Below are positions 57,379-64,000 of a stretch of 64,000 nucleotides of DNA, in pieces (positions within the stretch are counted from its first letter, which is position 1; the number at the start of each line of letters is the position of its first letter). Origin of the DNA: Escherichia phage vB-Eco-KMB37. The translations under genes and the position numbers were made by a program. The stretch lies in the sequence record OR525700; one strand, given 5' to 3'. A model generated the notes under the pieces. The model did not search any database. It worked only from the letters and a program-made list of their open reading frames with translations, and was not told the DNA's origin.

Positions 57379-57951
57379 TTATTTGCTAATGCTTTGAATG
57401 TTATTTACAACACGGTTTATTGCCAGTGAAGCCCTAGGCTCTGCAATACCTGTTGCATAGATATAAGGATGACCTTTTGGAGACTCCCTCATACCGAATG
57501 AACCTAATTCTAAACCATATTCATCCTCTACGTCAACCCCAATATTAGTGGGTACTAAATATGTTTTAACTCCATAATAAGTAGAGAAGAAACAGCGCAT
57601 AGAGTTAGCATACTCTTCAATTGTAGCATCAGGGTAGAACTCAATCAACTCCAATTTCAAGAAAATATTAAAATGAGTATCATCTAAATTTTCTTCTGTA
57701 CGATAACATGGTGTTAGTGCCATATACGGATTACCTGCTGCAAATTCAAAACCATCCTTCTCCATTTGCAGGAAAGATTGTTCTGCACTAGCTACATAGT
57801 ATTTACCGTTAGGATGCCCTAATGGGCGATCCTCTTTATTTTCTGGTAGTGTGTACGCCAGTATATCAGCATCCACGAGATATGGAACTTCCAACATTTG
57901 TGCAAACCGACCATAGTAATCAATAGCTTGAGCTATTACTGCAACATTCAT
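57379..57951 (-). CDS. hypothetical protein
   Basis: 190 aa; no motif recognised. Confidence 0.4.
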   Translation of the reverse strand: MNVAVIAQAIDYYGRFAQMLEVPYLVDADILAYTLPENKEDRPLGHPNGKYYVASAEQSFLQMEKDGFEFAAGNPYMALTPCYRTEENLDDTHFNIFLKLELIEFYPDATIEEYANSMRCFFSTYYGVKTYLVPTNIGVDVEDEYGLELGSFGMRESPKGHPYIYATGIAEPRASLAINRVVNNIQSISK

Positions 57952-58199
57952 GATCGACCTCCGCTACGGAATGCACGTTTAGTAATGTTTGACATAGTGA
58001 TCAAATCTTGAAGCGTCATCTCAGGAAAATGCTGTTCAAGAACACCTTCAACAGCGCCTACAATATCTGATAACTCAATAAGTTGCATCAGCTTGCAATC
58101 TTGATCAATAGCATCTTGAAGTTCATAAAGCTCTTCTTGAATCTTAGCAACAGAACCATATTCCTCTTTGCTAATCTCCTTCAAATGATACCCTGCCAC
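57948..58199 (-). CDS. MazG-like nucleotide pyrophosphohydrolase, tentative
   Basis: 83 aa all-helical protein with EELYELQDA and ELSDIVGAVEG blocks resembling the MazG/HisE E-x-x-E metal-binding helices. Confidence 0.35.
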   Translation of the reverse strand: MAGYHLKEISKEEYGSVAKIQEELYELQDAIDQDCKLMQLIELSDIVGAVEGVLEQHFPEMTLQDLITMSNITKRAFRSGGRS

Positions 58200-58210
58200 T
58201 TTAACCCCCC

Positions 58211-59947
58211 TTAGTTTACCAGTTTATTTATGTCTGGTAAAAGATTTATTTCACCTAAAAAATCACCTTCACCTTCCTCTAGCCAACTCTCATATGCTTG
58301 TGCATGATTATAGTTACCATCAAAAGAATCTGCAACAAATTTTTCTACAGTTTTTCGAGATGTGCCAGTGCCAAATACACCAAGTTTAATACCATTGATC
58401 GGTAAAGTGGTACTTGCGGGTACTTTCTCTGTTGCAACACGGTTGATATCTATAATCTCCTGTACGGTTGTGTTCCATTGTAAGCATTTAACACAACGGG
58501 TATGCGCTACATACAGTAGGTTTCGCTCTGCCTCTTCTAGTCCTACCCACTCACCAGTCTTTTTATCATAGTTGGAAGGAAAATCATTAGCAACAATAAC
58601 CTGATCCCACTCCAAACCTTTAGACTTATGTGCTGTAGTCAGTGTGACTTTTGCTGTAGGAGAGTTTCTATGCGTTCTAAGTGTATGTGCTATAGTGTTT
58701 GCCTTGCCAGAAACTACGATGTTTAACAAGCGTTTAGCATCTGGATCAGCCTCTGCACACTCAACAAATTCATTCCAGTCTGCGTAAGGTAATACAGTTT
58801 CATGTTTTACTTTCTCAATATCTCCTCTCCGAAGAGCATTAACACTATCTACCATAGAGATAAAATCCCTGGTATCTACGTTAATAATAATTTCTTCCCC
58901 ATCTGCAATACGATCCATTGCCTCCATAAGCAAGGTTAAATTCTTGCGAAAGATGATAGTGTAAGGTTTTGTATAGTCTACAACATCTGATTTGTAGCTA
59001 CCTACTACAGTATCAAAGCCTTTACCAACCAAAGGATGACGCAAAGGTTCTTTATCACTTAAAATCATATTCGCAATGTTTGCCACTTTGGGGCCAAAAC
59101 GGAAGCAAGCAGTTAATGGAAGCTCTGCCCCATATGTAGAGGTTTCCTTCATCATATTTTGGCTTCCACGGAACTGGTAGATGCTCTGATATTCATCTCC
59201 CACCACCACTACTTGTTTTGCAGATTTAGCATTTCGCAGAATAGACAAGAATGCAGGGTTAACATCCTGGAATTCATCCCCAAAGATAATGTCATAACCA
59301 AGATCAGCACCTGATAACTCAAACAATTTTACATAGGTGTCATGCGTCATCAAAGTATCTGTGTTAGGATCAATGCGCTCTCGCCACAATTGTTTTGCAT
59401 ACTTAACTACTTCTGTAATTAGTTTGTGTTCGTTAATACCTTTTCTTTTAATATCTGCAAGATGTACACCAGGAAAATGTTTACGGCTGATAAAAGGATC
59501 ATCCGAAAATTCAAACTTACCTACGGTTTGCTTGATCATTAAACCAATCATAGCACGAGTTAAAAGTGTTTTCCCTCGCTTATCAATAAGATTATTAATC
59601 TTAAATTTCTTTGCTATCTCACTACCTGTACCTGCAACGTTAACATACTGTCCTTCTGGTCGTGACAGTTTTGCACGTAAACGATGATCCAGGAATTGAT
59701 AGCAAATGGAATGCAATGTACGGCATTCTACATTTGGTGGCATCTTACGCCGTGCTTCTTCTGCCATGCTTTTATTGAAAGCTAAGTAAAGAATGCGATC
59801 TTCTGTACTGTTAGCCAGCAAATAAAGTGTTGACGTTTTGCCTGACCCAGATTTAGCTTGGATAGTTAAAAAGCGATGATCTGGAAAAGCCTCCTTAATA
59901 GCTGTTTGCTCTTCTGTTGGAGTAAAACTCAACTCTTTCTTAGCCAT
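58211..59947 (-). CDS. UvrD/Rep-family superfamily 1 DNA helicase
   Basis: Start trimmed to ATG at 59947 (RBS AGAGAGG); Walker A AKSGSGKTSTL, FGDEFQD, and VVVGDEYQSIYQFRG motif. Confidence 0.75.
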   Translation of the reverse strand: MAKKELSFTPTEEQTAIKEAFPDHRFLTIQAKSGSGKTSTLYLLANSTEDRILYLAFNKSMAEEARRKMPPNVECRTLHSICYQFLDHRLRAKLSRPEGQYVNVAGTGSEIAKKFKINNLIDKRGKTLLTRAMIGLMIKQTVGKFEFSDDPFISRKHFPGVHLADIKRKGINEHKLITEVVKYAKQLWRERIDPNTDTLMTHDTYVKLFELSGADLGYDIIFGDEFQDVNPAFLSILRNAKSAKQVVVVGDEYQSIYQFRGSQNMMKETSTYGAELPLTACFRFGPKVANIANMILSDKEPLRHPLVGKGFDTVVGSYKSDVVDYTKPYTIIFRKNLTLLMEAMDRIADGEEIIINVDTRDFISMVDSVNALRRGDIEKVKHETVLPYADWNEFVECAEADPDAKRLLNIVVSGKANTIAHTLRTHRNSPTAKVTLTTAHKSKGLEWDQVIVANDFPSNYDKKTGEWVGLEEAERNLLYVAHTRCVKCLQWNTTVQEIIDINRVATEKVPASTTLPINGIKLGVFGTGTSRKTVEKFVADSFDGNYNHAQAYESWLEEGEGDFLGEINLLPDINKLVN

Positions 59948-59948
59948 T

Positions 59949-60425
59949 TCAACCTCTCTTAATTTGTTTAACAAGCATAGGAACAAAATCTCGTTTTAAA
60001 ATTTGTTCAATAATGTGATCAGGTAGCTGTTGGAAATTATAATTAAACGCTACTGTCTCACCTTTAGGTGTTTCTACCCGCACATATAACATGTTACGAA
60101 GTTTATCCACTTGTGCTGTATATTCTAAACCACGTAATTGATGCATTGCAAACATCAAATCATCAGTTTCAGTTTGGAATCTATCATTTGCTTGCATTAA
60201 GGACAAGGTAAAAGGTAGATTTTCCCTAAGAGCCACCTTCTTAGGAACTAGTGAAGGAAAATACTCCCCAATAACTTCCTGTGTAAGCTGAATACACTCT
60301 TTTTCAAGCTGGTTTTGTTCCTTGAGTTCACAAACACTTTTTTGTAAAGTGTTAACCTCTTTTTGCAAAGCTGCTAGTTGAGCACTTAACTTTCTTTTTT
60401 GATTACGACCAAAACGTTTAGACAT
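59949..60425 (-). CDS. hypothetical protein
   Basis: 158 aa; N-terminal basic coiled coil. Confidence 0.4.
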   Translation of the reverse strand: MSKRFGRNQKRKLSAQLAALQKEVNTLQKSVCELKEQNQLEKECIQLTQEVIGEYFPSLVPKKVALRENLPFTLSLMQANDRFQTETDDLMFAMHQLRGLEYTAQVDKLRNMLYVRVETPKGETVAFNYNFQQLPDHIIEQILKRDFVPMLVKQIKRG

Positions 60426-60433
60426 ATTTCCCC

Positions 60434-60949
60434 CTAGTAAAACCCTTTAACAATCTGTATTAACTCGGCACAACGGTTGACCAACTTTTCCTCATACAAT
60501 ACACGTTGTGGCATATGTTGTATAATATACTCCATTTGCTCATGCCATGTCCACTTTTCTTTTTTGTCTGGGATAACATCACTAGCACGAGAATTATCTT
60601 TTAATGTTTGTATAATCCAATTGCTTGGAAAGTGCTCTCCACCTTTCTTAAATGGTTTATAGTGGCCTAGAGTGAATTGAGAATCCCCTGTTAGAGCACC
60701 CAATTTATTTAGATGGATAATCAAACTACGAAACACATAATATTCATAGATGTTATCCACCGTATAGCAAGCATAATATTTCAAGATGCCCTTATCTCGC
60801 GGATACTTACCAACATCCAGATTGCACCAGTTGACATTTTCTGGATCATATTGGTGTTCCTTAAGCCATATTTCTCTTTCATCAAAGTCTGGATATATTA
60901 CCGCCCTGCTTACAGAGTCAACAAGTGGAGATTGAGCATCAAAAAACAT
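60434..60949 (-). CDS. hypothetical protein
   Basis: 171 aa. Confidence 0.4.
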   Translation of the reverse strand: MFFDAQSPLVDSVSRAVIYPDFDEREIWLKEHQYDPENVNWCNLDVGKYPRDKGILKYYACYTVDNIYEYYVFRSLIIHLNKLGALTGDSQFTLGHYKPFKKGGEHFPSNWIIQTLKDNSRASDVIPDKKEKWTWHEQMEYIIQHMPQRVLYEEKLVNRCAELIQIVKGFY

Positions 60950-60970
60950 TATATTTTCCTTATTGGTTTG

Positions 60971-61336
60971 TTAAACGTTTTCTAAATCTTTTAAGGCATT
61001 ACCCAACGTTAGAACAATAACATCGTTTGCTGCCTCTTCCCCATTGATATTGGTGAAATTTGGTGTGACAAAAGTAACCATATAAAACTCGTCAACCTGG
61101 AAGATAGCAATAACACCATCCATCTTAACATCTTGACGAAAGGAAAAACCAATCATCTTCTCTTGCAAAGGCATATCCCCTTCCTTCATTACCGCTAGGG
61201 AGTTTTCAGGAATGTTATATTTATCTGCTCCGATGTAGATGTACGTAATGTTATCTTTATCGTGATGATACAGGGTTGCTTTTTCCATATCTAAACCTGA
61301 CAGATCAAATACGTTAATTTCTTGTGTAGTCTTCAT
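60971..61336 (-). CDS. hypothetical protein
   Basis: Start trimmed to ATG at 61336 with GGAGG RBS. Confidence 0.4.
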   Translation of the reverse strand: MKTTQEINVFDLSGLDMEKATLYHHDKDNITYIYIGADKYNIPENSLAVMKEGDMPLQEKMIGFSFRQDVKMDGVIAIFQVDEFYMVTFVTPNFTNINGEEAANDVIVLTLGNALKDLENV

Positions 61337-61700
61337 AAATATCCTCCCAAATCCAATAATCATCTGTGTAAGTAGGATGCCTTTTATCCCACTCTGCTCT
61401 AGCCCAAGCAACCGCTGCTACCAACACATCACCATGACAAGGTTGAGGTGCGCAGAAGCAAACTAAGTCTTTCCCTTCTAATTCTAACAAATCCTCAAGA
61501 GTGATTTTACCACAACGAATTTGTTCCCACAACCACTCTTTATATCTTTGTATAGTTGACCCTCGTGGTTCATCATCCTTTAACTTAAAAGGATTTGCAA
61601 ACTTTGAGGCTTTTAACCCCATATGAGGCATAGCTCTGCCAATGTACACTGCACCTTCAGGTATTACTTTACCTAAGTGGTAAAAATTTAATACTTTCAT
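61314..61700 (-). CDS. DUF4326-like protein
   Basis: Start trimmed to ATG at 61700; motifs YIGR...ANPF and LVCFCAPQPCHGDVL typical of DUF4326. Confidence 0.45.
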   Translation of the reverse strand: MKVLNFYHLGKVIPEGAVYIGRAMPHMGLKASKFANPFKLKDDEPRGSTIQRYKEWLWEQIRCGKITLEDLLELEGKDLVCFCAPQPCHGDVLVAAVAWARAEWDKRHPTYTDDYWIWEDIYEDYTRN

Positions 61701-61701
61701 A

Positions 61702-62052
61702 TTAACCCAAACACATCTGTGCAATCAAGCCCTGTATAAATTTATTAGCTTCTTTACTGTCGTAGTCAGTCTCTTCTGGATATCCATCTTCATCGTACAC
61801 AACTGTACCTTCAATATACCCTGCCTCAATTAAGGCGCGGATCATATCAAATTGCCAGCATGAGTTACCAAATGGACGTTTACCATTAAAACACTCTTCT
61901 TCTCTCCATAACGTAGAGAGTAGTTGTCGGAAATATTCCCGTACAGTGACAGTACCAAGATCTGAATCCTCAAACATAACATCCAGGGCATCAGGATTGC
62001 TTTTCTCTACATAAGGAATATATTTAACACCATTAATAGTTACATCAAGCAT
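61702..62052 (-). CDS. hypothetical protein
   Basis: 116 aa acidic protein. Confidence 0.4.
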   Translation of the reverse strand: MLDVTINGVKYIPYVEKSNPDALDVMFEDSDLGTVTVREYFRQLLSTLWREEECFNGKRPFGNSCWQFDMIRALIEAGYIEGTVVYDEDGYPEETDYDSKEANKFIQGLIAQMCLG

Positions 62053-62415
62053 TTATTTCTCCTTATCATCATATTCTAAGAACATATCTGCACGATATGC
62101 TTTACGCTCTTCAAACCTAGCAGGATCTACAACAATAAGCAATACAAGGTTAACATCCAAATACTTCTTAACAAATAGAAATAAATCTTTTCCACAGTTA
62201 AAACCTACACCAGTATAGGCATCCCCATATTGATCTACTGATTTAATCTTCTTACTAACCGTACACTCTATGCTATTCTTTTCTTCTTGGTATAAGGCTT
62301 TCCCACCCCAATATGTAAAGAATTTAGTACCGTCAGCACCAAGTTTAAAACCCTCTGTTGCATGTCCAGCAAATGAAAGTAAACATAACCAAGTGATCAT
62401 CAGGTACTTTAGCAT
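62053..62415 (-). CDS. secreted hypothetical protein
   Basis: Start trimmed to ATG at 62415; N-terminal signal peptide MLKYLMITWLCLLSFAGHA. Confidence 0.4.
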   Translation of the reverse strand: MLKYLMITWLCLLSFAGHATEGFKLGADGTKFFTYWGGKALYQEEKNSIECTVSKKIKSVDQYGDAYTGVGFNCGKDLFLFVKKYLDVNLVLLIVVDPARFEERKAYRADMFLEYDDKEK

Positions 62416-62416
62416 T

Positions 62417-62899
62417 TTAACCACCCAATTGCAAATGTTTAGAAAGAACAATATCCCATTGATCACCACAACCGTTATCTATGCGGAACATAATGTACGT
62501 ATCATCTTCTTCTACGACATATAATACCTCATAGGAATTACAACAGCCTTCCCAATTTTTAACAGCCTCTGGTGTATCATGTGTAAAAATTTCATTACCA
62601 TCGTATGACCAAAACAAAGGGGTAAGGTTTTCGAAGGTCAGTGAAGTAGGGTTTACTTCATCTTTAACTGCTTCCTCATATTCTTTATGCGTTTGTACTG
62701 CTTTAGTTAGTGTACTCATGTCTATCTCCTTTTCTCCTTCTTGACTATGGAGGGTAGCAAACTCTCTAAACTCCACTTCACGCCATGTTTTCAGGTAGTG
62801 CTTTATAATTTTATCAACATCTGCCTGTTCAACATTACTTTTCAAGCAATAGTAATCATGGTCTTCGCCCATTCTACCCCATATGCTATACATTGTCAT
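62417..62899 (-). CDS. hypothetical protein
   Basis: 160 aa. Confidence 0.4.
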   Translation of the reverse strand: MTMYSIWGRMGEDHDYYCLKSNVEQADVDKIIKHYLKTWREVEFREFATLHSQEGEKEIDMSTLTKAVQTHKEYEEAVKDEVNPTSLTFENLTPLFWSYDGNEIFTHDTPEAVKNWEGCCNSYEVLYVVEEDDTYIMFRIDNGCGDQWDIVLSKHLQLGG

Positions 62900-63167
62900 C
62901 TGATTGATCCTTTACATTGTTCTTGGCATACACAGGAATAACATCGTCGTGATCTTTATTACTTTCATCTGTTAAAGCCCAAAACAATTTACCTGCTGGA
63001 TGTTTAAAGGTGTAAGCAATAGGTTCCTCTTCCTGGGCTTCTTTGCTACGGATACCATCCCGCCAGGCAAGCCAAGTGTAGATCATCACTTCTTGACGTT
63101 CTTCTTCATTAGGCCACATATGTGGTGGAAAGTTTTTATCAAACCATTGCTTAAATTCTTCAGTCAT
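62886..63167 (-). CDS. hypothetical protein
   Basis: 93 aa; RBS AAGGAG. Confidence 0.4.
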   Translation of the reverse strand: MTEEFKQWFDKNFPPHMWPNEEERQEVMIYTWLAWRDGIRSKEAQEEEPIAYTFKHPAGKLFWALTDESNKDHDDVIPVYAKNNVKDQSDDNV

Positions 63168-63177
63168 AGTCTACTCC

Positions 63178-63342
63178 TTAGCGTACAAAGTTAACTTCTG
63201 CTTCTTTCAGCTTTGACACTTCTACATAACCACCATGATCATCTTTAATCCATTCTTTTCCTTTACGGATGATAACAGGATATGTAGAGTGAGTAAGTTT
63301 AGGTACAGATCTTTTTGTTTTAGTGATAGAAATGTTTTGCAT
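63178..63342 (-). CDS. small hypothetical protein (54 aa)
   Basis: ATG at 63342 preceded by AAGGAG; not in the supplied ORF track because under 60 aa. Confidence 0.4.
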   Translation of the reverse strand: MQNISITKTKRSVPKLTHSTYPVIIRKGKEWIKDDHGGYVEVSKLKEAEVNFVR

Positions 63343-63370
63343 AGTAATCTCCTTAGTAAACTTTACATAG

Positions 63371-63399
63371 AGTTTAGATTATTTAGTAGGTAGAGTCAA
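63371..63399 (-). promoter_or_regulatory. candidate sigma70-type promoter
   Basis: On the minus strand: -35 TTGACT (63394-63399), 17 bp spacer, -10 TAAACT (63371-63376), upstream of the 63342 start. Confidence 0.45.
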
Positions 63400-63402
63400 T
63401 AA

Positions 63403-63669
63403 TTAATTACCGTTAGATCTGTACTCTGTCTTCCATTCACAATGGTAAACTTCAACAGGTTCTAACTTCCAATGTTCAGGAACTAATTCAGGACAATATC
63501 TACAAAAGAGAAATAGATAGATAACTAAGACAGGTATTAAATAGTAAAATGGTATACGATCATAACCATACTTACGAGATAACATATAGACATATAGATA
63601 GGGTATAACAATTAATCCTATAACTATAAGTAAGAAGAGAAGTATAAACCTTAGTGTAGTAACATCCAT
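63403..63669 (-). CDS. small membrane protein
   Basis: 88 aa with two hydrophobic helices; RBS AGGAGAA. Confidence 0.45.
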   Translation of the reverse strand: MDVTTLRFILLFLLIVIGLIVIPYLYVYMLSRKYGYDRIPFYYLIPVLVIYLFLFCRYCPELVPEHWKLEPVEVYHCEWKTEYRSNGN

Positions 63670-63834
63670 AGTATTCTCCTATACAGTAATATACTCTGTT
63701 CCTGCCCCCTCCATGAGTGACAGGAACAATATCTATAGAGAATACTAACTCGCTTCGCTCGTCACCTTTCAGGTTTAGGGTAGCATGTTTTTCTGAAAAA
63801 GTCAATACTCTCCACAAAACTTTACAAAATACTT

Positions 63835-64000
63835 TTACATAGGTACAACAGAGTCTGTTTTGAAGTCGTACATATGATTTACGCCTGTGATTTTTGACAT
63901 AGAGATTGCACGTTTAACACCTGCAATTACCTGGTCTGTCTTCTTAATCTCTTCACGGAACTTACGTACAGTTAGAGAGAAGAAACGATGATCCATCCAT
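63835..64000 (-). CDS. hypothetical protein, 3-prime end only (gene continues beyond window)
   Basis: Open minus-strand frame from the window edge to a TAA stop at 63835-63837. Confidence 0.3.
   Translation of the reverse strand, partial: WMDHRFFSLTVRKFREEIKKTDQVIAGVKRAISMSKITGVNHMYDFKTDSVVPM

Noticed and set aside
63690-63790. Possible tRNA or small RNA gene in the long intergenic region
   Set aside because: No T-loop (GTTCRA) or cloverleaf-compatible pairing could be found by eye; only a single inverted repeat is present. Kept as a candidate regulatory region rather than an RNA gene.
63572-63817. Minus-strand 81 aa ORF overlapping the membrane-protein gene and the intergenic region
   Set aside because: It overlaps a better-supported gene with an RBS, has an odd Cys/Tyr-rich composition and no RBS.
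1-64000. Integrase, excisionase, repressor, transposase or CRISPR-Cas components
   Set aside because: No tyrosine/serine recombinase motifs, DDE transposase signatures, or repeat-spacer arrays were seen in this window; lysogeny or mobile-element calls are not supported.

Overview
This 64 kb window reads as a tailed, contractile-tail phage genome segment (or prophage region) with low GC and tightly packed genes, organised as two convergent arms. The plus-strand arm (50-28506) is a tail and baseplate morphogenesis module: sheath, tube, chaperone pair with a canonical -1 slippery site, tape measure, P2/Mu-like baseplate genes (spike, gp25-like, baseplate J, gpI-like), and several receptor-binding proteins. 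The minus-strand arm (28542-64000) carries replication, nucleotide metabolism and accessory genes: orphan DNA methyltransferase, SSB-like protein, family A DNA polymerase, primase-helicase, UvrD-like helicase, anaerobic ribonucleotide reductase NrdD/NrdG, four tandem glycosyltransferases, and many small ORFs. The most striking content is a phage-borne Ter-like module (TerD, vWA, TelA-like, TerC) next to a phosphoribosyltransferase / HAD hydrolase / macro-like trio, which are host stress-response and phage-resistance-associated families not expected in a phage. A tail fibre gene is split at a G6 homopolymer, which suggests slippage, phase variation or a sequencing error. Transcription units are punctuated by GC-rich hairpin terminators, mostly with UUCG or GAAA tetraloops. 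No tRNA, rRNA, CRISPR array, integrase or transposase was detected. All calls rest on motif recognition and gene order by eye; no database search was run. Gene starts were checked by hand for a subset and otherwise follow the ORF track.
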